Source: Candidatus Marinacidobacterales bacterium (GTDB lineage: Bacteria; Acidobacteriota; Vicinamibacteria; Marinacidobacterales; SMYC01). Taken from it: DNA of 64,000 nt. Position 1 is the first letter of the stretch; each line of letters opens with the position of its first letter. Shown one piece after another: positions 31,994-42,097 of the stretch. Under the pieces are notes generated by a model. It searched no databases. It was not told the origin of the DNA and saw only the letters and a list, made by a program, of their open reading frames with translations. Location: the NCBI GenBank assembly GCA_965237955.1, contig OZ250169.1:6208001-6272000 (forward strand), given 5' to 3'. A program made the position numbers and the translations under genes.

Positions 31994-32746
31994 TTGCGTC
32001 TTCTCTTTCAACGTTTTGGCTGGGTGCCTCTGGTCGCCGCCGGCGCCATACTCTTCTACGCCGCCCGGGACCTTCCGTCGATGGGTGATCCGGGCGCGCC
32101 CGCCGCATTGCACATCTCGCCGCGCTACATCGAAAAGGCCCAAGAAGAAACCGGGGCTCCCAACATGGTGACGGCAGTGCTCGCCGACTATCGAAGCTAC
32201 GACACGCTCGGCGAGGTGGTCGTGATCTTCACCGCCGGCCTCGCCTGTCTCCTCGTTCTCGGGGCATTTACACGCACGGGCGCAGGCTCGGGGGAGAGCG
32301 ACGAGGGCGAAATGGCGTACTCCTTCGGAAGCGACGTGCTCGACGCCACCATTCGAATGCTCACCCCGTTCATCGTGTTATTCGCAACCTATGTCGTCGT
32401 TCACGGCCACACCAGCCCCGGCGGCGGTTTTCAAGGTGGAGCGATCCTCGCCGTGGCGGTTATGCTCGTTCGCCTCGTTCGTGGCGGTGCACCAGGGCTC
32501 AAGCTTAGCTCGACTGCGACGCTCGCGGTCGCGAGCATCGGCGTTTTCGTGTACTTCGGAACCGGCCTCTTGAGCTTGTTCTTCGGGCGCAACTTCCTCG
32601 ACTACTCGGCGCTTCCTTTTCCCTACGAAGGCGGACACCTGCGAGAGCTCGGCTCGCTCAGCATCGAGGTCGGCGTTTTCATCGCTGTCACCGCCATCCT
32701 GGTGCTGATTTTCGACGTTCTCACCACGGGTGCCGAGGATCCGTGA
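31994..32746 (+). CDS. mrpB: Na+/H+ antiporter subunit B
   Basis: NMVTAVLADYRSYDTLGE and HGHTSPGGGFQGG; TTG start inferred. Confidence 0.88.
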   Translation: MRLLFQRFGWVPLVAAGAILFYAARDLPSMGDPGAPAALHISPRYIEKAQEETGAPNMVTAVLADYRSYDTLGEVVVIFTAGLACLLVLGAFTRTGAGSGESDEGEMAYSFGSDVLDATIRMLTPFIVLFATYVVVHGHTSPGGGFQGGAILAVAVMLVRLVRGGAPGLKLSSTATLAVASIGVFVYFGTGLLSLFFGRNFLDYSALPFPYEGGHLRELGSLSIEVGVFIAVTAILVLIFDVLTTGAEDP

Positions 32747-33114
32747 TGTTGGACGTTTCGCTCAGCGCACTCAACTATTGGCTGGCGGCGCTGCTGTTCC
32801 TCATCGGATTGTACGGCATTCTTGCCCGGGCCCACCTGGTGAGAAAGCTGATGGCGATGAATATCCTTCAGGTCGCGGTCATCGTCTTTTTCATTGTCCT
32901 CGCCTACAAGACAGACGCGACGCCGCCGATCGCGCGCTACGGAGACACCGAGCCGTCCGCGCGTGAATACATCAACCCTCTTCCCCACACGTTGATGCTG
33001 ACCGCCATCGTCGTCAGCGTGAGCACTACCGGGGTCGCGCTCGCGCTGCTCATTCGGATCCATCGCCGGTTCGGAACTCTGGACGAGACAGAGCTTCTCG
33101 AGAAGCTGAAGTGA
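32743..33114 (+). CDS. mrpC: Na+/H+ antiporter subunit C
   Basis: NPLPHTLMLTAIVV. Confidence 0.92.
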   Translation: MMLDVSLSALNYWLAALLFLIGLYGILARAHLVRKLMAMNILQVAVIVFFIVLAYKTDATPPIARYGDTEPSAREYINPLPHTLMLTAIVVSVSTTGVALALLIRIHRRFGTLDETELLEKLK

Positions 33115-34580
33115 GCCAATTAAGCTTGACGCACGCGCCGATCCTGATCCTGCTCGTCCCCTTGGCGACGGCGCTCTTCATTCCTTTGCTAGCACTGTGG
33201 GACGGGCGCGGCGCACGCACGCTCACCCTCCTCGCGATACTCGCTTCTGTCGTCTTCTCTGCGACTTGCTTGTGGCAAAGCCTTCAATCGGGTCCGATTC
33301 ACTATCATCTCGCGGGATGGGCACCGCCTTCGGGTATCGAGCTCGTCCTCGACCCGTTGAGTGGATTCATGGCAACGCTGGTTTCCGGGATGGGCTTGTT
33401 CGCGGCTTTCTACAGCGGTCCTTACCTCACCGGCTGGACCGCTCGTCGCGTCGGCACGTTCTACAGCGTTTACTGCTTGCTCGTCGTCGGGCTCCAGGGA
33501 ATCGTCATCACCGGCGATTTGTTCAACCTCTACGTGTTTCTCGAGATCTCGTCTCTCGCGGCTTACGCGCTGCTCTCCCAAGGTGGCAGCCGAGCCATCG
33601 TCGCCGTTTTCCGATACCTGCTCATCGGAACCATCGCTGCGAGCTTTTATTTGATCGGCGTGGGCTACCTCTACGCGATGACGGGAACACTCAACATGGC
33701 GGACATGGCATCACGCTTGCCAGACGCGGTCGATTCACCCGTCCTCGTCGTCGCCGCTTCGTTCATCGTGATCGGGCTCGCCATCAAGGCGGCGCTCTTT
33801 CCGCTCCATGGATGGTTGCCCGACGCCTACACCTACGCTCCAGGACCGGTCATCGGCTTCATCGCAGCGGTGATGACCAAGGTCAGCGCGTACGCGCTCT
33901 ATCGCATTCTTTATTTCGTCTTCGATGCGGCAGGAGGGCCGAGGGAGCCGATCGTCGCTCTCGGCTGGGCCGCGGTCATCGCGGTCGTCGCCGGCTCGCT
34001 CATGGCGCTCGCCCAGAAAGACGTCCAGCGGATGCTCGCGTATTCCAGCATCGGCCAAATGGGATACATCATGCTGGGGATTGCCATCGGCACTCCCATC
34101 GCACTCGCCGGCGCGCTTCTACACGTCGTCAACCACGCGGTGATGAAAGGGTGCCTGTTCATGGCTGTGAACGGCGTCCAGTGGAAGCTCGGTGTGTCTC
34201 GAGTGAAGGACTTCACCGGCATGGGCGCACGGCTCCCGCTGACCATGGCAGCGTTTACCGTGGCCGCGCTTTCCATGATCGGGCTACCTCCGACCGCGGG
34301 GTTCTTCAGTAAGTACTACCTCGCGCTCGCCGCGATCGAATCGGGGCAATGGGCGTTTCTCGTCGCTCTCGTCATCTCGAGCCTTTTGGGCGCAGTGTAT
34401 TTCTTCCGAATCATCGAGAGAGCGTATTTGATGGAGCGCGAACAATCCGCGGGGGAGACCCGTGAGCTTCCGGCGGCTATGCTGGCTCCTATCCTCGCAC
34501 TCGCCGTTTTGGTGTTGCTCCTGGGTGTGTTCAATCAAACGATCGTGAGCGGAATCGTTCTTCCCGGGCTTCCGTCTTGA
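33111..34580 (+). CDS. mrpD: Na+/H+ antiporter subunit D
   Basis: TGDLFNLYVFLEI, FPLHGWLPDAY, GLPPTAGFFSK. Confidence 0.92.
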   Translation: MSQLSLTHAPILILLVPLATALFIPLLALWDGRGARTLTLLAILASVVFSATCLWQSLQSGPIHYHLAGWAPPSGIELVLDPLSGFMATLVSGMGLFAAFYSGPYLTGWTARRVGTFYSVYCLLVVGLQGIVITGDLFNLYVFLEISSLAAYALLSQGGSRAIVAVFRYLLIGTIAASFYLIGVGYLYAMTGTLNMADMASRLPDAVDSPVLVVAASFIVIGLAIKAALFPLHGWLPDAYTYAPGPVIGFIAAVMTKVSAYALYRILYFVFDAAGGPREPIVALGWAAVIAVVAGSLMALAQKDVQRMLAYSSIGQMGYIMLGIAIGTPIALAGALLHVVNHAVMKGCLFMAVNGVQWKLGVSRVKDFTGMGARLPLTMAAFTVAALSMIGLPPTAGFFSKYYLALAAIESGQWAFLVALVISSLLGAVYFFRIIERAYLMEREQSAGETRELPAAMLAPILALAVLVLLLGVFNQTIVSGIVLPGLPS

Positions 34581-36097
34581 ACGACATCGGCACTATCCTT
34601 AGTGATCGGCCCCTCATGGCCGTGCTCGTCTCCCTCGTCGCCGCTTTGGCCATTGTTGTCTCGCGCAACCACCCCAACTTGCGAGAGTCGTGGACCATCC
34701 TCGCCGCGTTTGCGAAATTCGCGTTGATTGTTTCGATGCTCCCCCGCGTTCTCGACGGCGGCGTCTTCGAAAGCCGGCCACTCGAGCTCGTGCCCGGGTG
34801 GTCGCTTCACCTGCGAACCGACGCGTTCGGCATGGTGTTTGCCCTCCTGGCGTCGAGCCTCTGGATCTTGACTTCGTTCTACTCGGTAGGCTACATGCGA
34901 GCCGGACGCTACCAGCATCAGACCCTGTATTTCGCCAGCTTTGCGATCTGCGTTTCGAGCGCCGTGGGGATTGCGTTCGCCGCGAACCTGGCGACGTTTT
35001 TCGTTTTCTACGAAATCTTGACCATCGCGACCTACCCGCTCGTCGTTCACCGGCGCACGCCGGAGGCTATCGCCGGCGGCCGAAAGTATCTCGCCTACAC
35101 GCTTCTCGCCGGCCAGGCGCTGCTGATAGCGGTTTTGTGGACGTCGAACCTCGCCCCGGGCGCCTCGTTTCAGCCCGGCGGGTTCCTCGCCGGGAATGCA
35201 TCGCCCATGGTAGTCAGAGTGTTGTTCGCGCTCTTCATCGTCGGTGTCGGCGTCAAGGCTGCGATCGTGCCGCTTCACGGATGGCTTCCGGCGGCGATGG
35301 TCGCGCCCACGCCGGTGAGTGCTCTGCTTCACGCGGTCGCGGTGGTGAAAGCGGGCACGTTCGGAGTTCTCCGGATCGTTGGGTTCGTCTTCGGAGTGGA
35401 CCTGTTGCGCGAGCTCGGACTCGATCTCGTGCTCGCGTTCGCGGCGGGGACCACCATTATCTTGGCCTCGATCCGCGCGCTCGGCGAAGACCACTTGAAG
35501 CGGCGACTGGCGTATTCCACCGTGAGCCAGCTCTCGTATATCGTCTTAGGCGCGGCTCTCGGTTCGCTCCACGCTCTCATCGGCGCGATCTTCCACATCG
35601 CCGCGCACGGGTTCATGAAAATCACGCTCTTCTTTTGCGCGGGCTCGATCTACACCGCCACCCACAAGGAGTACATCAAAAACCTCGCGGGGCTCGGCCG
35701 CACGATGCCGGTCACGTTCGGCGCGTTCACCCTCGGAGCGCTTGGTCTCGCCGGGATGCCGCTGTTTGCCGGCTTCATCAGCAAATGGAACCTAGGACTC
35801 GGTGCGCTGGAAGCGATGCATCCGATCTACGTCTTTGTACTCGTGCTTAGCGGGCTTTTGAACTTCGCCTACTTTTTCCCGATCGTGTACACCGGTTTTT
35901 TCGGTGGGGAGAAGGGCGCGTATGGTTTTCACGAGCCGAGAGCGCTCATTTGGGTTCCCCTTGCCGCCACCGCGGTGATTTCCATCGTGCTCGGCATCCT
36001 CCCCGACTACGGGCTCAATCTCTACGAGCTCGCGCGGCGCGCGGCCGAAAGTATCGTCGCGCCGGGACCGGTGATGATGGCGGGGGGTGGGTCGTGA
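34577..36097 (+). CDS. MrpD-family antiporter subunit (second)
   Basis: PLHGWLPAAMVAPTPVSALLHAVAVVKAG, LAYSTVSQL. Confidence 0.9.
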   Translation: MNDIGTILSDRPLMAVLVSLVAALAIVVSRNHPNLRESWTILAAFAKFALIVSMLPRVLDGGVFESRPLELVPGWSLHLRTDAFGMVFALLASSLWILTSFYSVGYMRAGRYQHQTLYFASFAICVSSAVGIAFAANLATFFVFYEILTIATYPLVVHRRTPEAIAGGRKYLAYTLLAGQALLIAVLWTSNLAPGASFQPGGFLAGNASPMVVRVLFALFIVGVGVKAAIVPLHGWLPAAMVAPTPVSALLHAVAVVKAGTFGVLRIVGFVFGVDLLRELGLDLVLAFAAGTTIILASIRALGEDHLKRRLAYSTVSQLSYIVLGAALGSLHALIGAIFHIAAHGFMKITLFFCAGSIYTATHKEYIKNLAGLGRTMPVTFGAFTLGALGLAGMPLFAGFISKWNLGLGALEAMHPIYVFVLVLSGLLNFAYFFPIVYTGFFGGEKGAYGFHEPRALIWVPLAATAVISIVLGILPDYGLNLYELARRAAESIVAPGPVMMAGGGS

Positions 36098-36315
36098 AAC
36101 GGGTTTGGGTGGTGACGGCGATTTTCGTGGTGGTGGCGGCCACGCTCGATATCGCCCTTCGTCGCGACGCTCATGCCGAGTTCTGGTGGCATACGGTGCC
36201 GGCCTTCGATCTCGTTTACGGCTTTTGGGGTTGCGGCGCTATCGTGTTCTTCTCCAAGTGGCTCGGCCACAAGTTCCTCATGCGGAGCGAGGACTACCAC
36301 GAGCAGGAACGATGA
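36094..36315 (+). CDS. Small membrane protein of the Mrp operon
   Basis: Start and stop coupled to neighbours; WWHTVPAFDLVYGFWGC...LMRSEDY. Confidence 0.8.
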   Translation: MKRVWVVTAIFVVVAATLDIALRRDAHAEFWWHTVPAFDLVYGFWGCGAIVFFSKWLGHKFLMRSEDYHEQER

Positions 36316-38033
36316 TCAGTCCGAGTGTGGTCCTCTTCGTCACCGCGGCAACTGTCGCTCTCGTCCGCGGTGCCGCGCAGAAGATTGTTCTCGTCGTCGG
36401 CTGTCTCGCCGCGCTGGCGTCATGGGAGCTTCTCGACTTCAATTCGCAGTGGAACGTTCACATCGGAGAATACACGTTGGTGCTGTTGCGAGTGGACCCC
36501 TTGAGCCTGGTGTTCGGGCTCATCTTCACTCTCGTCACCTTCGTTGGGATTATCTACGCGCTTCACAACCACCACGGTCTCGACCATGCCTCGACACTCG
36601 TTTATGCCGGAGCCTCCGTCGGCGTCATCTTCGCCGGCGATTGGATGAGCCTGTTCGTGTTCTGGGAGCTCATGGCAGTCTCGTCTTTGTTCGTCATCTG
36701 GCAGGGCAGAACCGAGCGCGCGGCGCGGGCGGGCTACCGCTACATTCTCGTTCACATCTTCGGCGGGTCGCTCTTGTTCGCAGGCATCCTCATGCATCTT
36801 GCGGGCGGCGGTGGATACGAAGTTACCGCTCTCACCGAAAGCGGCACCGGAGAGCTCGCGTTTTGGCTGATCTTGTTGGGCGTTGCCGTGAACGCCGCCA
36901 TCCCCCCACTCCACGCGTGGCTCACGGATTCTTACCCCGAAGCATCGGTGACCGGAAGTGTTTTTCTCAGTGCGTTCACCACCAAAACCGCGGTGTACGT
37001 TCTCATCCGCGTCTTTCCCGGCACCGAAGTCCTCGTCTATGTGGGCGTCACCATGGCGCTCTACGGCGTCGTCCTCGCCGTGATCGAGAACGACATTCGC
37101 CGGCTTCTCGCCTATCACATCGTCTCTCAGGTGGGCTACATGGTCGCCGGTGTCGGTTTGGGAACTCCGCTGTCGCTGGACGGGGCGGCCGCGCACGCGT
37201 ATAGCCACATTCTCTACAAATCTCTGCTCTTCATGGGTACGGGCGCGGTGTTGTATGCGACCGGATTACGTAAGCTGACCGAGCTCGGTGGCATCGCCAA
37301 CCGGATGAAGCTCGTGGTCCTTCTGTACATGGTGGGGGCGTTCTCGATCTCGGGATTCCCTCTTTTCAATGGATTCATCAGCAAGTCGATGATCGTGTCA
37401 GCAGCGGTCGCACTCGATCGCCCCGGCGTCGAGCTACTCCTCAACATCGCGGGTATCGGAACGTTTCTGCATACGGGACTGAAGCTTCCCTACTTCACTT
37501 TCTTCGGGCCCAACAAAGCGCTCGAGGTCCGGCCGCTTCCGATGAACATGCTCGTCGCCATGGGCGTCGGCGCGTTGCTCTGCATCGTCTACGGGATGGT
37601 CCCCTCACTGCTCTATGGTCTTCTGCCCTACAGTGCGGAATACCATCCATACACGCTCGACCACGTGGTCGCTGCTACCGAGCTCTTGATTGGTACCGGT
37701 CTCGCCTTCTGGCTACTGCGCGACAAGCTCGGCGGCGAGCCCACAATCAGCCTCGACACCGACTGGTTCTATCGACGGCCACTCGCCGCCATGACCGAGC
37801 GGGTCATCGATGGCGTGCGCGCATTGGGAGAAGGGGTTTCGGCGCTCCGAGCCACGATGGTCGAAGAAGTCTGGAAATTCACGCAGCAGCCGATGTCGGC
37901 TCTCGACGTAGGACAGGATCCGCACTCCGAGGACTACGACCCGTACCGTTTCCGCCGCCCGATTGGCGCCACCGTTTTTTGGGTCGTAGTGTACTTCGTC
38001 CTCGTCGCCCTCGTCACACTGTGGATGCTGTGA
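36312..38033 (+). CDS. MrpD-family antiporter subunit (third)
   Basis: PLHAWLTDSYPEAS, SAFTTKTAVY, LLAYHIVSQVGYM, LDTDWFYR. Confidence 0.9.
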   Translation: MISPSVVLFVTAATVALVRGAAQKIVLVVGCLAALASWELLDFNSQWNVHIGEYTLVLLRVDPLSLVFGLIFTLVTFVGIIYALHNHHGLDHASTLVYAGASVGVIFAGDWMSLFVFWELMAVSSLFVIWQGRTERAARAGYRYILVHIFGGSLLFAGILMHLAGGGGYEVTALTESGTGELAFWLILLGVAVNAAIPPLHAWLTDSYPEASVTGSVFLSAFTTKTAVYVLIRVFPGTEVLVYVGVTMALYGVVLAVIENDIRRLLAYHIVSQVGYMVAGVGLGTPLSLDGAAAHAYSHILYKSLLFMGTGAVLYATGLRKLTELGGIANRMKLVVLLYMVGAFSISGFPLFNGFISKSMIVSAAVALDRPGVELLLNIAGIGTFLHTGLKLPYFTFFGPNKALEVRPLPMNMLVAMGVGALLCIVYGMVPSLLYGLLPYSAEYHPYTLDHVVAATELLIGTGLAFWLLRDKLGGEPTISLDTDWFYRRPLAAMTERVIDGVRALGEGVSALRATMVEEVWKFTQQPMSALDVGQDPHSEDYDPYRFRRPIGATVFWVVVYFVLVALVTLWML

Positions 38034-38051
38034 TCGGAAATCGAAAGTCCA

Positions 38052-40662
38052 TCAATCGGCGGTGACTTCTGTCCCGTCCAGGTCGGGAAATTCGTAGTCC
38101 GGGTCGATCGCCTGCGCTTTCTCGAGTAGCGAGCTCGCACGAGTCGTCAGGCCCTCGCTTTCGTAGATGGCTCCGAGCATACCGAGGAACTCGACGTTGT
38201 TCGGCTCGAGCTCGGTTGCTTTCAGAAAGTTGTCGGCCGCCTCTTTGCGCCATTTCTTGTTCTGCAGGAGGGCGCGGCCGAGAAGTCCGTAGAACTCGGC
38301 GACCTGCTCGTCGACCTCGACGGCCCGTCGTCCGAGCTGGATCGCGTCCCAGTAGTCCGCTCGATCGTACGCGATCAACGCGCGATCGTACAGCTCGCGC
38401 GCATGGCGGCGTTTGTCAAAGGGCGCCGGGTCTCCACCATTCGACGACGCTGCCTGGTCGTTTGTCGGCGAAGACGCCCCGTTTTCTCGTTTTTTTTTCG
38501 CGGCAACGCTCTTCTCGAAATCGGTGACCGCTTCCGATGCTGAGGCACAGAGGTCCGAGAGCTTTTCTCGAAAGTCTTTGGCGGCGTTTGGGAACTTATC
38601 GGGATGGAACTTGGCGACGATCTTCAGATAGGCGCTCTTGCGTTTCCCTTCGGTCGCATCGGTCGAAAGCCCCAACAGAGCGGGATAGTCCTCGCTCTCG
38701 GCAAGCGCCAGCAGCCGATCGACTTCGGAGACGGTAGCCGCATCGGGTCCTTGGGGCGGCTTGGGCTTCGGCTTGGGCGGTGGCGGCGGCGGCTCGGGCA
38801 CGCGCGCGACCGGTTCCCTGGTGACGCCGCCGAGGCGGATCAGCCCTTTGCCCAGCAAGTCCATAAGCGCGCGAGCGGTGTCCGCATCCGCCATCGGGCT
38901 CACCGAGATGATGTCGTTCGGTCTGGAAGCACCGTCGATTCGCGACAGGAGGAAGCCCTCTTCGGGTGAGATCTGGACACCTTGGAGATCTCCAGAGAGA
39001 GTCGGAGACAAGTGAAGCACCTGCGATTCGTCCTTCAACGACTGGATTTCCTCGGCAGACGCAGCCGGTTTCTCCGGCTCGGTTTCAGCATCCTCGGGTT
39101 CTTCGGTTTTCGCCTCGGCCTCGGGCTCCTCGGACTTGGTTGCGGCCTCTGGTTCGTCGGCTTTCGCTTCCGTCTCCGACTCGTCAGACTCGGCCTCTGA
39201 CGCGGGTCGTTCCTCAGTGGCCTCATCAGCCTTGGCCTCGGCTTCAGGTTCGCCGGCGTTCTCTTCCGCTTCTGACTCGTGGGGCTCGTCTTCGACCGGA
39301 GCTTCGTCTGTCTTGGCTTCGGCCAGCGCCGGTTCCGCTTTCGCTTCGGCCTCCGACGCGTCAGACTTCGCGCTCGCCGCGGACTCTTCCTTCGCTACCT
39401 CATCGGGCTTCGCTTCAGAGTGGGCTTCAGGCTCAGCTGGGGTGGCGTCCTCCGAGGTCTCCTCGGATTTCTCTTCCTCCGGCGAAACTTCGGACTTCGC
39501 TTCGGCCGCGTTGTCTTCGCCCGTCGGAGACTCCTCCGGCTTTGCTTCCGCTGTCGGCACTTCTTTCGACTCCTCCGATACCGCTGTCGAGGACGATTCC
39601 TTTGCCTTCACTTCCTCGGGCGGGTCATCGGATTTGGCAGATTCAACGTCAGACGACGAGTCCGCTTTCGCTTCATCGGTGTCTACTGACTTGGCTTCTG
39701 GCTGGCTGGCCCCGGCGGCGACATCTGCAGCCTCAACGGCATCCTTCGAGATTGCGTCGAGCGCCGCCATCATCTCCTCACCGGACGCGTACCGCTTCTC
39801 CCGTTCTTTCTCCAACGAATGATGGAGAATCGGCTTCAACTCCGTCGGCAGGCCGAGCGTTCTCCAGTTCAACGGAAAAACGGGCTCGTCATTGATGATG
39901 CTCAGCAGCACACCGGTCAGACTCGGGCTTCGGAACGGCTTCTCGCCGACCGCCGCCTCGAACAGGATGCATCCCAGTGAAAACAGGGTCCGAGCGCGCG
40001 TCAACGTCTTCGCCTTTAGCTTGCTCGGGCGACATATAGTCCGGAGCACCGAGCACGCCTCCCGCCATCGTCAGGTTCGTGGACAGCTCTGATTTAGCAA
40101 TCCCAAAGTCCGTCACCCAGACATACATCGCGGGTGACACGAGGATATTGGCGGGCTTGACGTCGCGATGGACGACGTTGCGCCCATGTGCGTAGTCGAG
40201 GGCGCTCGATAGCTGCGACAGAATATTGATAGCGGTCGAGAGCGGAAGTCGCCCTTCTGACTCGATCAGCGATTCCAACGTGCGCCCCTCGATGAACTCC
40301 ATGATGATGTAGCCCCGGTTCGGAGTGGCGACGATGTCGTGGATAGTCACGATGTTGGGGTGTTGGAGTCGCGCCGCGATGCGGGCTTCGCGAACGAAAC
40401 GCTCCCGGAGCTCGTCCGGTCCCTGGTCGGCCAACGGCGTGTCCAGCCGTACGCACTTCACCGCCACGGGTCGGTCCAAGACCGTATCGAGAGCTTTGTA
40501 AACTGCTCCGATCGCGCTCGTCGAGAGACGGTCTACGATGTGGTAGCGCCCGCCTGGAATCTGATCCGAATATTCACCTTGCTCGGCATGTCCGGAGTTC
40601 TCGGCCTCGGTCGCTTGCTCGAAAGCGGACGAGGCCTGTGGGGTGTCTTCCTGTACGTCCAT
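38052..40662 (-). CDS. Ser/Thr kinase fused to acidic linker, J-domain and TPR; frameshift near 39990
   Basis: HRDVKPAN, DFG, YMSPEQ in 39889..40821; kinase C-lobe, E/A/P-rich linker, KFHPDKF and TPRs in 38052..40049. Confidence 0.82.
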
Positions 40663-40673
40663 GCCCTTCGACA

Positions 40674-40689
40674 GGCAAGAAACGTGCCG
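40674..40689 (-). promoter_or_regulatory. Sigma-54 promoter of the kinase-J gene
   Basis: Minus strand CGGCAC-GTTTC-TTGCC; predicted TSS about 40663, next to ATG 40662. Confidence 0.6.
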
Positions 40690-40820
40690 AACGGACGCCA
40701 TGCAGGCAGGTGAGGAACACGTTCCGAATGAACCACTTGCAGCTTTACGGGCAGCGCGCCCCGGGGCAAAGCGAAGGTACGTCACCCGCTGGGGATTTCC
40801 CCACAGCGCGATACGGTTCA

Positions 40821-40908
40821 CATCAGCCTTCAGCTTCCAGTCACCAGCTGCCGGCTGCCGTCAGCTGTGCGCGGAAGAAGGACCGAGCTGAAAGCAGCTG
40901 GAAGCTGG
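40821..40908. repeat. Degenerate palindromic heptamer-repeat element
   Basis: CAGCTTCCAG/CTGGAAGCTG arms with CAGC repeats. Confidence 0.6.
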
Positions 40909-40924
40909 TTTGGCCCGAATGCCT

Positions 40925-41974
40925 CTAATTCCCCAGCTCCTCCTCGATGATCGACTTGAACGCATCGAACGGCTGCGCGCCGGACAGGAACCGACCGTTG
41001 ATGAAAAAGGCCGGAGTTGCGTTCACACCGAGCTTGTTCCCTCCGGTGTAGTCGTCTTGAACGACCTTTCGGAACTCACCGGAGTCGAAGCACTGGTTGA
41101 ACGAGGTGGTATCGAGACCCAAGTCGGCTGCGAACTGCTTCAAGTTCGACTCCGCGAGCGATCGCTGGTTCTCGAAAATCTTGTCGTGGTATTCCCAGAA
41201 CTTTCCTTGCTCGTGAGCGCACAGCGCAGCCTCGGCGGCCGGTGCTGCCTGCGGATGATTGGGGAGCGGATAGTCGCGATAGACCAGCCGAACTTTGTCA
41301 CCGTAGGTGGCTTCGACTTGCTGAAGGGTCGGACCGACCCTTGCGCAGAAGGGTCACTGAAAATCCGAATACTCGACGATGGTGATCTCGGCGTCCTCCG
41401 GTCCTCGAATGCGCTCGTTGCTCACCACAACGATGGGCACCCGCGGCGCCTCGAGAGCGATCGCGACGTTGGCGCCGGCACGCAGCCCGTCGATGAACGC
41501 TTGCCGCGCAGCATGCTCGTTGCGGGTTACCATGAACTCGCGAATTTGACCACTCATCTGCTCGAGCGTCTGGCCCCCGAAGCGAGCGCGATTCTGCTCG
41601 TAAAACGCTTGCACGGCGGCTTCGGCAACCGGCGGGACCTGCGCCGCGATTTCCTGGGCAACGAGCTCGTCCTGGGTGATCCCGCGAGCGGCTGCTTCCT
41701 CACTCAAGAGCAGTTCGGCAACGAGCCCGCCGAGCACCTCACGGCGGGCGTTGTAGAGCTCTTGGAACACCTTCATGTTCGTTTCGAGCAGTTTTTGGTC
41801 TACGTCCCCGAGGGTGATGGTGCTCTCGCCGATGGTGGCGACCACGGTTTCATCGGACGGCGGGTTGCCTTTGGCCTGAGCTTGTTGGGATTGTGACCCC
41901 GTGCCACAAGCAACGGCGAGCAGAAGTAAGCCGAGAGCGACGATTGCCCCATGGCGGCGGAAATTCAACTCCAT
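40925..41974 (-). CDS. DsbA-family lipoprotein, probable selenoprotein (UxxC)
   Basis: In-frame TGA 41356-41354 in EYSDFQ-U-PFC; frame continues RLVYRDYPL...AAEAALCAHEQGKFW...GVNATPAFFING; SECIS-like hairpin follows. Confidence 0.88.
41319..41347 (-). promoter_or_regulatory. Bacterial SECIS element
   Basis: AAGGGUC-GGUCC-GACCCUU hairpin starting 11 nt after UGA; loop resembles E. coli fdhF GGUC. Confidence 0.8.
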
Positions 41975-42029
41975 TGGTCAGTCCCCTTCCACAACATCTC
42001 AGACTAGCACAACTTCGCCGTGGATCTGG

Positions 42030-42062
42030 TCGTGCCCGTGCCCGTGTGCGTGCCCGTGCCCG
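42030..42062. repeat. Short (GTGCCC)n tandem repeat
   Basis: gtgcccgtgcccgtgtgcgtgcccgtgccc, intergenic. Confidence 0.6.
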
Positions 42063-42097
42063 ATCTTTTCCTACAACGTCACCCGAAGACTCGAAGC

